A DNA stretch of 64,000 nt from Camelus dromedarius. Lineage: Eukaryota. The notes beneath the pieces are model-generated. The model was not told where the DNA came from. It saw only the letters and a list, made by a program, of their open reading frames with translations, and ran no database searches. Below are positions 13,081 to 23,920 of the stretch, piece after piece (the stretch's first letter is position 1; the number at the start of each line of letters is the position of its first letter). Location of the stretch: contig NC_087437.1 in assembly GCF_036321535.1 (NCBI RefSeq), positions 27,840,001-27,904,000 on the forward strand. The letters run 5' to 3'. A program made the translations under genes and the position numbers.

Positions 13081-15039
13081 AAACAATTCTTGAAAGTACT
13101 ATGTCAAGGAAAAAAATTGATTCAAGCCAAATTTTGTAGATGGAAGAGAAAAAACCCTTATTGTTCAAAGATTTCAATTACTTTACCAGAAAACAAGAAT
13201 TGTTCCACTTAGCTTCCTTTTATACCACATCCTGTGAAAGAGGCACACAAATCTATGTGGTCTACAATCAATATTTTTTGTGACCTTGTCTCCCTATTGA
13301 ATAACCAATTGTTGGCCCAAGGTCTAAATGAACAACTTCAGAATACAGATCCAGGATAAAGAAAAAGTAAAGTAAAACCCTTTTTAGGTAACAGAGCCTT
13401 TCCCAAGAGGACTAGAATAGTAATCAGAAGAGAAGGAAAAACTAGCTAATTTTAACTCATGCAGAACAGCTGAAAATTATGCAAAAATACATTTGAAAGA
13501 ATGGAATTTGGAATTGAAATATACTCACATTTATTTGAGCAAATTTTAAAATCAAGTCTTGTATTGCCTTGGAAGAAGATGCTTACCAAATAAAACACTG
13601 TTGCTTTGGCTCAAAGAGCCTGTTTTAAACGAGACAGAGGCTTAATGATCAGACTGCTTTTCTTGGGACCTGTGTTCTCTGCCTATGTATAAAATTTCAT
13701 GAGATTTAACACATAGGCAAAAATCCAAAGTAAAGTTTCTCAGAGGTGTGAGTTTGAGCTCAGCACCTTTGTGTTTCTTTCTGTCCGTGAGTTGTTGAAG
13801 ATTACAGAGACTCAGATGCGCACCTCCATAGACAGAGGACCAGTAATAGACACCCAGGAACATGAAATCGCTGAACTAAATGAGCTCAAGAGTCTGTGCT
13901 TATGCGGGGAGGACCCTTAAGGGAAGCTCAGTCGAAGCTCTGACATACGTCCCCTAAGGGCAGCAGCCACAGTCTCCAGAGACTTTCTTCCTACAGAAAA
14001 AGGTGGCTAAATACCCTCTCAGGTATTTCTCCTGAAGGATCATGGATGTCAAACACATGTCATCACTCAAGGAGCACTGCTATAAGTCACACTAAAGCCT
14101 TGGCAAGAATGTCCTACTTTTATCAGTGATATTTAATCAGCAACCCTTAAAGATGAAAACAAAACTGGAGGAAGCCTGGGGGCATATTTATTGTGAATTT
14201 CTCTGCTAAGGCAGGCTTTGTTGTGGACAATTTTTGATGTTTTCAGTTGTGAGAAGGACTGGTTATTCTGATGTTTTCCCCATAATAGAACATTTGATAT
14301 CATTAACTACATATGGAAAATTTACTGGATAATCCCTTTATGCATTTTAAAACAAAAAACATGTATCTGTTCAGACTCCTTTAATAATTTATATTTGATG
14401 CTCACGTAAAACTTGGCTTCAACACACGATTTGATTTCCTGGGCTTAATCATTGTATGTTGAGCCTAAGAAGCTAAACTTTCCCTTGGTAAATTGCTATT
14501 CCAAATGGTCCCATGCTACATGTGTGGGCTTTGGAACATTTCTGGATCCGCCATAGACAGCAGTGAAATTCTGTCAAATTTAAATTCTATTTAAATTTCC
14601 AAATAAAAGATTGATTTTAGTTGGCTTATCACATTCATGTTGTTCGCTTATCATATTTATACAAGTTTGATTTTATGATCTCTCTTCTCTTTCTACTTCT
14701 CATCACCACTTCAACATTTATCATCCTCTGATCTGCTGCTCCTGAGCATGGCAGTACCTGCCACCCTCCTGTCGTCTTCACACAACTTCACACAACATTT
14801 TCCCCCATTTTTGCTCTTTTAAGTAATAAAGAACTTCTGAACATCCTTGGGACAGCATCCTGAGATTACTGAAGGGAGTGGCATCTTAGTCATTCTTTTA
14901 AGAAGACATTATGTTAAAGTTGTTTGTATTGTTTGAGTTTTTGCTTCTGATATTTTCTGGAGGAATTTAAAATATTCATAAATGTTCAATTAAAGTGACT
15001 AAAAGAAAAATTTTGTATTAAGGCACAAATCACCTGTCT

Positions 15040-15235
15040 TGCTACCTCCATTTCATTTCCCTCCCTGTTATTATTTCATATCTGTCAAAATGTGATGTCA
15101 CTCTCCTGCTTTAAACATTCCTTTCTGTGGTTCCTACTGCTTTTAGGAAAAAGCTCAGATGCCTTAACAGGGCTTCCAAGATTCCCTATGATCTGCTATT
15201 TCCCATTACCACTTCCTTATTCTCCTCACCAACCC
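15040..15235 (+). mobile_element. L2 fragment (continues at about 16142-16300 after the MIR and MLT2 insertions)
   Basis: atgtgatgtcactctcctgctttaaacattcc...tggttcctactgcttttagg; the L2 terminus cctagcacagtg...ttcaataaatgcttgtt lies at 16250-16290. Confidence 0.65.
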
Positions 15236-15249
15236 AAAGGAGAAGTAAA

Positions 15250-15490
15250 GGAGTCATGGTTAAAAGGATGGACTCTAGAGACAGAACACTTGGCCATGGA
15301 ACCTGGTTCTCCCATCCATCTCTTTGGCCTTGAGCAAATTATCCTCTCTGTACCTCAATTTTCTCATTTGCACTTTGCGATAATAACTGAGCCTGCTTCA
15401 TGAGGTTGTTTTGAGAATTAAATGAGGCAACATGTGAAGGGAACTTAAAACAAGGTCTGACATGCAGTAAGTAAAATGTGTTTGCTGTTG
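15250..15490 (+). mobile_element. MIR SINE
   Basis: tggttaaaaggatggactctagag...ccttgagcaaattatcctctctgtacctcaattttctcatttg...gttgttttgagaattaaatgagg. Confidence 0.8.
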
Positions 15491-15613
15491 CAATTTTTAT
15501 TTCAATTCTTTTAAGATGCTATACTCTCTTCCTCCAAGTTACTGCACCTTTTTTTTCTTCCTAGAACTTTCTCTCTTTATTTATTATCATCATCTGTATA
15601 ATTTTCACTCCTT

Positions 15614-16141
15614 TTTATTAGTCTGGCTTCACAAGAGAAATAGAACCATGGGAGATATATATATGTATATATATGGATTGGCTCACCTGATTATGGAGGC
15701 TGGCAAGTCCCAAGAGCTTCAGGGTGACTCAGCAAATCAGCAGAAGAGCTGACATTTAGTTCCAGTCTGAGTCTAGAGGCCTAAGAACCAGGAGAGCTGA
15801 TGGTGTAGTTCCTGTCTGAAGGCCGGCAGGCTTAAGACCCAGGAAGAGTTATAGATTTGAGTCTGAAGGCAAGACAAAAGCCAGTGTCTCAGTTTCAAGG
15901 TAGCCAGGCAGAAGGACTTTTTCCTTCCTCAGGAAGAGTCAGCCTTTTTGTTTTATTCAGGGCTTCAATTGATGAGATGAGGCCTACCACATTAGGGAGG
16001 GCAATCTGCTTTACTAAGTCTAATGATTTAAATGTTAATCTCATCTAAAAACACCCTCACGACACACCCAGAATAATATTTGACCAAATATTTAAACACC
16101 CCTTGGCCCAAGCAAGATGACGTATAAAATTAACCATCACA
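15614..16141 (-). mobile_element. ERVL solo LTR, MLT2B-like
   Basis: ggattggctcacctgattatggaggctggcaagtcccaaga...gggagggcaatctgctttact...acacacccagaataatatttgaccaaata...ataaaattaaccatcaca (element start in reverse). Possible CCTTT TSD. Confidence 0.9.
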
Positions 16142-16745
16142 CCTTTTAAGCCTCAGGTGAAAGTCACACCTTTGAGGAAGCTTACCTTGACTCTGAATCC
16201 TCTGAGCACAGGTATGTGTTTCCCTTGTTTTCCACTGTATCTCTAGTACCTAGCACAGTGCACATGATAGACTTTCAATAAATGCTTGTTATCTGATTAG
16301 TTAATAGATAATTGTAAACCTTTTCCATTTCTGATAATATAAATATTCAAAAATATCCAAAATATTAGACAAAATACTTTGAAGTATAGTAAGTAACTAG
16401 AAGTCAAGATTATCCTACTTACATTTATTGGAACTATTTAATCTTAATCACAGATTCTGTGATTTAATCAAACCCCCAAACTGCCTTGGCTGTAAGCGTC
16501 TAGCGAAATGTGCTGATACTCACTGGTAGAAAGCATCATGTATTTTAAACTCAATCTGGTATTTATATCCTTTAACAAAGTAGATATAAACAGGTATTTA
16601 GTTTACCTTGGTGAATACTCTACTTGGTTTATTCAATATATTTATATATATAATTAGCTAGGAAGTAAAGTTAAAAAATAAGCATGTCATATAATCTTAG
16701 ACTTGAAATGTCCTTCAGCAAGAAGCTTTTAACAATTCATGAAAG

Positions 16746-16790
16746 ATATATATGTGTGTGTGTGTATACACACACACACAAACACACACA
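16746..16790. repeat. Compound alternating purine-pyrimidine microsatellite (TA)n(TG)6TATA(CA)6
   Basis: Read directly; 16753-16780 is a perfect 28-bp palindrome. Confidence 0.95.
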
Positions 16791-16879
16791 GCCCCCAACT
16801 TTCCTCAAAACCTTTGCTGCTGAAGACCTGTTTGGTGACCTTTGTTTTCAGTTTTCTTTTGGCTTTAGACATTTAAATA

Positions 16880-17450
16880 CGTTCAGTTCTCATTATTTGG
16901 AATAGTCATATTCCATACAGTCACCATGAGCACTGAATTAGCAAATATTGAACCATTGCTCCTGGAGGAAAAACAAGGTTAGGTTACTGTAAGGCTCTGG
17001 TCAGAACAATTTGTCACAGAATCAATCAATAAACCTTGTTTAACGTGTGTTTCTGTTTAGAGACAACTTAATACTGAACTTACTAACACTGAACTTACTC
17101 ATTAACACTGAACTCATGGCTAGCAGCACTTGTAATTCATACATGAACACAGCAACACACATTTTCTCCATAAGGCACATCACAGCCTTCTTGAACCTAG
17201 GAACACTAGACAGCACTTCAGCATATGCTTGGGGGTCACTGTATATAGCAAAATCATCAACAGAATGCCGAAACAAGAAGGTGGAGTGCTGCCTTGTTAA
17301 ATCTCAGTTGGGAATGAATGTGTATTTAGGGCAACTTAAATATTTCACTGTTCTACACGACTGCAAATGACTGCAAAAATGCTGTATTGACTTTGGAGTC
17401 ACAATTTTAGTAGGTAAATTTGCAAACAGAGAATCTGCAAGGATCAACTG
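16880..17450 (+). mobile_element. TcMar-Tigger MITE, MER82-like
   Basis: cactgaattagcaaatattgaaccattgctcct...taaggcacatcacagccttcttgaacctaggaacactagacagcacttcagca; ends ggatcaactg followed by TA. Internal triplication of taacactgaactt at about 17069-17115. Confidence 0.85.
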
Positions 17451-17474
17451 TACTAATATCTGTGGATGTTTCTT

Positions 17475-18268
17475 TATATATATATATATTTTATTAAAGG
17501 ACACTTTACAATGCTGTGTTAATTTCTGGTGTACAGCACAATACTTCAGTCATACAGGAACATACATTTATTCATTTTCATATTCTTTTTCACCATAGGT
17601 TACTACATGATGTTGAATATAGTTCCCTGTGCTATACAGTGTAAACCTGTTGTTTATCTATTTTATGTATATTATTTAGTATCTGCAAATCTAGAACTCC
17701 CAATTTATCCCTTCCCACCCCCTTCCCCACCTGGTAACCATAAGTTTGTTTTCTACGTCTATGAGTCTGTTTCTGTTTTGTAAACAAGTTCATTTGTCTT
17801 TTTTTTAGATTCAACATATAAGTGATATCATATGGTATTTTTCTTTCTCTTTCTGGCTTTCTAGCTTACTTCACTTAGAATGACATTCTCCAGGTCCACC
17901 CATGTTGTTGCAAATGGCATTATTTTATTATTTTCTTATGGCTGAGCAGTATTTCGCTGTATACATATACCACAACTTCTTTATCCAGTCATCTGTCGAT
18001 GGATATTTAGGTTATTTCCATGTCTTGGCTATTGTAAGTGGTGCTATGAACATTGGGGTGCATGTGTCTTTTTGAATTAAGGTTCCCTCTTGATATATGC
18101 CCAGGAGTGGGATTGTTGGATTATATGGTAAGTCTATTTTTAGTCTTTTGAGGACACTCCACACTGTTTTCCATAACAGCTGTACCAAACTGCATTCCCA
18201 CCAACAGTGTAGGAGGGTTCCCTCTTCTCCACACCCTCTCCAGCATTTACTGTTTGTGGACTTTTGAA
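17475..18268 (-). mobile_element. Young 5'-truncated L1 (same type as 2195-2565)
   Basis: Reverse L1 3'UTR and ORF2 end. TSD with 1 mismatch: TGTGGATGTTTCTT (17461-17474) / TGTGGATATTTCTT (18269-18282), followed by AA, the L1 endonuclease TT|AA context. Confidence 0.95.
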
Positions 18269-18589
18269 TGTGGATATTTCTTAAGAACTTTTAGATGGAA
18301 TTTTTATAAATATTGTAAAGAGCCTTGTAGTTGTATGTGACTTCTATGACAAAAAGTTTCAATGCACTGTTATATGTGATATTACATACAAGCATGTGAG
18401 TTCTGTTAAAATTTCATTTTATTATAAAAGTGGATTATTAATTTTGCTTTTCTGGATTTTATTTCTTAGTATTGGGGATAGGTGTGGTCTATGGCTATGA
18501 AAATTATGGTACAATTATTTTAAAATTTTTGATCAGAAAGATATCATGAATTGCCCCAAATTTGATTTTCAAAAACCTTACTATTTTAA

Positions 18590-18690
18590 AGATGAAAGAA
18601 ACTAAGGGTTAGACTGGCTAGGTGACTTGATCAAGGCCATAATACTTTTAGTAATGACAACACCAGGACACAGCTAAGTTTCCCTGACAT
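18590..18690 (-). mobile_element. MIR fragment
   Basis: attttaaagatgaaagaaactaaggg...ggtgacttgatcaaggccata is the reverse MIR core. Confidence 0.6.
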
Positions 18691-18786
18691 AGCCTATGAT
18701 CATTTCTTCATCTCGCTTCTGTGTGGAAAGATGACCAGCTTATGGCAAGTCAAATTAATGGCCATGGCCTCAGTAGCTTTCTATTG

Positions 18787-18975
18787 TAGTGGTTTCCAAA
18801 GTTCAGAATGTATCAAAATGGTCAGAATCAATAAGAGGGCTGTTTAAAACAGATCTGGGCCCCACCCATAGAGTTTCTGATTCTGTGGGTCTAGGCTGGA
18901 GTCTGAGAATTTCTATCTGTAAGTTCCCAGGTGTTGCTGACACTGGTCCCAGGCCATTTTCACTTTGCTACTTGA
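18787..18975. mobile_element. hAT-Charlie MITE, MER5A-like
   Basis: agtggtttccaaag...aaaacagatctgggccccacccatagagtttctgattctgtgggtctagg...aagttcccaggtgttgctga. Confidence 0.85.
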
Positions 18976-19339
18976 ACCAGTTTTACTGGATAACATTTCC
19001 CAGTAAGGTTGCTGAAAGGAAACAGATCGGGCTCACTACTCTGCTGAGTGTTTACTAAGTTCTGCTACCTGTCTAAGCATGTACGTAGAACTGTTTTGTC
19101 TGTGATTGTGTCCTTGATGCAGTTCAGCTTTGAGCTATTTAAGTTTTAAAAATGTTTTGAGAGTAATTTAAAAAAAATCGTTTCTGGAATAGAGTTTTCA
19201 ATACGGGACTGGGCAGGAACTACGACTATTAACCTATGACACGATATGGGTCAAAGAGGAACTAATTAAGATTTTTGCTATGCAAATTTTGGAAGTTTCA
19301 CTGTCCTACTAAGTGAGGGTAAGATTGTTGTTTAGGATT

Positions 19340-20490
19340 GTGTAAGTAGACACCATGTGCCCCATTTCTGAGAATTTCTTCCCAGAACTCTGACTAACTA
19401 TAAGGTAACCCTGTAATCAAGCAGGACCCTATGGGGCCTTCCCAGAATAGACCCTCCCCCATGTCCTCCGCTTGTCTCTTGTCTGTAGGAAAACTTTAAG
19501 TCTCCTAGGCTTTCCCCAAGTTCCAATGAGTACATTTAATCAGAGAAGTGAGAAAATGCAGAAAGAAAGAAAAACAGTAAAGCAAGACAAGATAATAATA
19601 ATTTAACCATTAAACGAAGTCAAGGACCTTTAGTTCCTCCCGAAGGGCTGTGGATAATATTCTGAGCCATTTGTTTTGAGCTGTTTTTCAGATACTAAAA
19701 CCTTCATCAGGTGGAAGAAGCTAACTGTATGCTCCCCACAAGCACTTAGACCCCAGACCAGTTGGGACCTGTCTGTGTCTAAGAAAGGTGATGATGGTGA
19801 CTCCCGATTACCTCACCACCAACCATTCGGAAGAACATTCATCAGCTGATCACACACCTCACAACCCACCTCCCTCACCCTGTCTTTAAAAACCTTTCCC
19901 TGAAAGCCTTCAGGGATTTCAGGTCTTTTAAGCACTAGCCACCTGGATTCCTTGCTTGGTGCCCTGCAATAAATGCTGCACTTCTGCTCACCACATCCTG
20001 GAGTCAGATAGCCTTGACTGTGCGTGGGCAAGATGACACAAGTTTGGTTTGGTAATGGCCCCGTACCCATGTTTATTTCCACAACCTGACTTTGCTCCCT
20101 GCTCATTTCTGGAAGGGGAATGGGTGAACACCTGACCAAAAGGGCTAATCAGATTCCTGCTCCTGAGACTTGGAAACAGAGGTATTTGTTAGATTCATTT
20201 ACTTCTAGAAACTGAAGGACATTTGTATGCAGAAGCAGGGGAGTCCGTTACTTACCTTCAGGTGCAAAGTGAAGTGGAGGAAGTAGCTTGGAGACACGTA
20301 CACACCTCCACAGAGGGACGGGGAGAGAATAATTGTCTGGGTTCTTGCTGCTTTTCTAGTTGCAAGTTCCAGTTCCTAAGGAGGCCTGACTGGGGATATG
20401 TAAGATACTCATGAGTCTTTCTGAGACTCTCTGATTTTTGTTAGGTTGAATGAGTCTTTGTGCTGGCCCTCTAAAATAGCCCGACTAAGA
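19340..20490 (+). mobile_element. Old ERVL-type LTR (LTR16/LTR33-like) hosting the ERV1 LTR insertion
   Basis: gggtgaacacctgaccaaaagggctaatcagattcctgctcctgagacttgg and ccagttcctaaggaggcctg resemble LTR16-class motifs. Highly diverged. Confidence 0.5.
19412..20057 (+). mobile_element. ERV1-class solo LTR (~646 bp)
   Basis: Starts TGTAA; TATA-like tttaaaa near 19885; AATAAA at 19968-19973; ends ttggtttggtaatg (a degenerate ...GTAACA). Probable 4-bp TSD ACCC/GCCC. Confidence 0.85.
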
Positions 20491-20569
20491 GAGTTTGCTA
20501 AAGACACACTCTTCCTATAGCACCACCTTTCCTCAGGGACAGAATTGTAATTGGCAAGGAATGGAGGAC

Positions 20570-20705
20570 CAGCAGTACCCGCTCTGGAACTGGTTACATA
20601 ACCTCAGGGACATTACTTCCCTGCCTTAAATCTGTCACCTGTAAATAGAGGAGAGTGGATTTAGATGATGTTTTAGAAGAGCTCTTCCAGCTCTAGTATT
20701 CTTGC
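20570..20705 (+). mobile_element. MIR/MIR3 fragment
   Basis: ctcagggacattacttccctgcc...cacctgtaaatagaggagagtggatttagatgat...cttccagctctag. Confidence 0.55.
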
Positions 20706-20920
20706 GTTAAAGGGAAACAAAGAAAATCGAAGTTGTCCATTCTTGATCTGGAATTTTAAATGAGAGCCTTACAATCTTGAGGCTGAATTTGGGCGGGGGC
20801 AGCAGAGTTCACGTGAAGGACCCGAAAGGAAGAACCAAACTAAGAGTCATGCGATTTGAACAATTACCCCTAAAAATAGAAAGCTTGGGTCATTCCAAAC
20901 TTCCTTATTAAGACTTTGTG

Positions 20921-21117
20921 CAGGGTTTTCAACATATTAGATTCATCTGGGAACCAAAGAAAATCAAAATCAAACCCAAAAAATAGCTAATGCTCGTTCT
21001 AGCCACACTTCTGGCAACTTAAATCATGAATTCTAGGGTCTGAAGAGGGAGGCAGGCATCCATGGATGTTAAATCTCTCCAGGTGATTACAATCATAGCC
21101 AAGATTGAGAACCACTG
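20921..21117. mobile_element. MER5-like hAT MITE
   Basis: cagggttttcaac...attagattcatctggg...ctctccaggtgattacaat...agccaagattgagaaccactg. Confidence 0.7.
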
Positions 21118-21621
21118 TGTGTTTCTATTTGTATTTGTTTAAAAAGGATTTGATTACCTTTTAAAGCTCACAACTGAATATAATCAAGATGAGCAGTGAG
21201 GGCATGCAGGTTAAGAGGAGAGCTCCTGTAAACTTACAAGAGAAAACTTAAATCTTAAAAAAGAAGTCAAGAGCCATACAAGTCCTCTGTTCCAAAGACT
21301 TTTATAATATGGTTTATATGTTTAAAGATTTCTTAAGAATATCAAGGTAATACAGATGGCAAAATATCTGACTTGGAAAATCCTGGACTTACCAAGATTA
21401 TGTGAAATTTTCTTCATATATTTTTAAAGAAGATAAGTAAATGTATTACTTTTAAGAAGGCTTCTGTTAAAAACAGTTTAACTAAAAAGAGAAAGCTTCA
21501 GGAGTTAAGGTAAGTTTTTTCCATGTTAAAAATCAGTAATGAGATACCCTTAATCTCAGTGTGTCAACAAAGTAAGCATTATTTGTGTGGAACTGAGTTT
21601 GTACAGAAATTAGTGTATGTT

Positions 21622-22616
21622 AGGGGGTCACAAAAAAGGATTCAAAAATAAACAACCCAATCCAAAAATGGGCAGAAGACCTAAACAAGCAATTCTCCAA
21701 GGAAGACATACAAATGATCAATAGGCACATGAAAAAATGCTCAAGATCACTAATTATCAGAGAAATGCAAATCAAAACTACAATGAGGTATCACCTCACT
21801 CCAGTCAGAATGGCCATCATTCAAAAATCCACAAATGACAAATGCTGGAGAGGCTGTGGAGAAAGGGGAACCCTCCTACACTGCTGGTGGGAATGCAGTT
21901 TGGTGCAGCCACTGTAGAAAACAGTATGGAGATTCCTCAAAAGACTAGGAATAGACTTACCATATGACCCAGGAATCCCGCTCCTGGGCATGTATCCAGA
22001 AGCAACCCTACTTCAAAATGAAACCTGCACCCCAATGTTCATAGCAGCACTATTTACAATAGCCAAGACATGGAAACAGCATAAATGTCCATCAACAGAT
22101 GACTGGATAAAGAATATGTAGTATATTTATACTATGGAATACTATACAGCCATAAAAACCAACAACGTAACACCATTTGCAGCAATACGGATGCTCCTGG
22201 AGAATGTCTTTCTAAGTGAAGTAAGCCAGAAAGAGAAAGAAAAATACCATATGAGATTGCTCATCTGTGGAACCTAAAACAAAACAAAACAAAACAAAGC
22301 ATAAATACAAAACAGAAACAGACTTATAGACATAGAATACAAACTTGTGGTTGCCAAGGGGGCAGGGGGTGGGAAGGAACAGACTGGGATTCCAAAATTG
22401 TAGAATAGATAAACAAGATTATACTGTATAGCACAGAGAAATATATACAAGATCTTATGGTAGCTCACAGAGAAAAAAATGTGACAATGAATATATATAT
22501 GTTCATGTATAACTGAAAAATTGTGCTCTACACTAAAATTTGACACAACGTAAAATGATTATAAATCAATAAAAATGTTAATAAAAGAGACATTAAAAAA
22601 TAAAAAATAAAATTGT
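21622..22616 (+). mobile_element. Young 5'-truncated L1 (ORF2 C-terminal cysteine-rich region plus 3'UTR)
   Basis: ORF 21714-21917 reads [32 protein letters not shown]...[18 protein letters not shown] (L1 ORF2 C-terminus) and ends at a TGG>TAG stop; A-rich tail. Candidate TSD at 21606-21621 / 22617-22633. Confidence 0.95.
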
Positions 22617-23039
22617 GAAATTTTGTGTATGTTTCTGAGAATCAATTTTCTAGTCTTCATTAAATATTTTAAAAATATTTAGTAGTAATAAATTCTTGAA
22701 ATGTACTAATTGACATATTGATGGCTTGTAAATATGCATCTTCTTTATGAATAAAATTATTTTTCATTAACTCCAAAAAAAAAAAAGGATTCAGTCTAGC
22801 TTTTGAACATTCAGGCTTCATTGGAAGAGACAGTGGCCCAAGAGAGCCTTCTATGGTCCATGGTTTATGCTCATACTTTGTTCTCATCATTCAGTTTCTC
22901 TCTGGTTTCTTCATCCATTTTCACCACTTTCTCTCATTCTAAATCCTTACTACTTGATGGATTCTCCATACTGCCTTTCATATGCTTAAAACTTCTCTGT
23001 CTACTAACCTGAAGGATTTTCAGCCCTCCTTTCACTGAC

Positions 23040-23920
23040 CTATTAGATATTAGGCATTGGGCATACAGCAGTGAATAGGTAGAAAACTTCCCTGCCCTCA
23101 TAGAAGTAGCATTTAATGGGAAAAAATAGACATTTTACAGGAAAACAAGTGAACAAGATAATGACTGAGTAGGATACATACTAAGAGGCCACTAATAGGT
23201 GAATATGATAGAGGGGAGGAGATTGCTGAGTCACAAGTTGGCTGCAATTAGAATAACCTGTAGAGGTGTGGTTTGTTTTGTTATAATTCTGATGCCAGAG
23301 TTCTACTCAGATTAATTTGGAGTGGGACCTGATCAGCTGAAATTTTAATAAGCTCCTAGGTGATTCTGATACACTGGAATGATTGAGAATTGCTGTTTTA
23401 GAGGAAGATCTCTTGAAGAAGATACTTGAACTGAGATCTAAAGGAAGAGGAGGAAGCCAGCCTGCTGGGGAGGGAGGAGATTGAGAGAGAGAGAAAATGG
23501 CATTTGCAAAGGCCCTGAGATGCGGGAGACCTTGGCATGCCTGGGGAAGAGAATGGAAGCTAGCATAGTAGGCGAGAGGGAGAATGGAGATGTAAAGAGG
23601 CAGTCAGAGAGAGAAGTTCACATCAGAGCTTGAATTGTATGTGTTTTATATGTTTGAAGTTTAAATGGAATGAGAAGTCACTGGAGAATTGTAATCAGGT
23701 GAGCAATATGATCTTGTCTGTTCTTTGAAAGAACACACTGGCTGCTGTGTGGAAGATGGATTTTAAGGGGCAGAGGTGGCAGTGGAGAGAACTGGTAAGG
23801 AGATTATGGCCTCAGCCCGATAGAGAGAAGATGGTGTCTTGGATAGCGTGGTGGCAATGGGGTGAAAGGAATGCATAGACGTGGAAAATATTTTGGAAGA
23901 TGAACTGGTAGGACTTGATA
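23040..23920 (-). mobile_element. L2 LINE, with a MER5A-like MITE nested at about 23240-23396
   Basis: cagcagtgaataggtagaaaacttccctgccctcatag...gcaaaggccctgaga...gaagtcactggag...cacactggctgctgtgtggaagatggattt; nested aagctcctaggtgattctgat...ttgagaattgctg. Confidence 0.85.

Noticed and set aside
20250..20260. Isolated consensus splice donors (minus strand 20256, 29517, about 32447; plus strand 21509, 43407, 47434)
   Set aside because: No convincing paired acceptor or coding frame, and several are expected by chance in AT-rich DNA.
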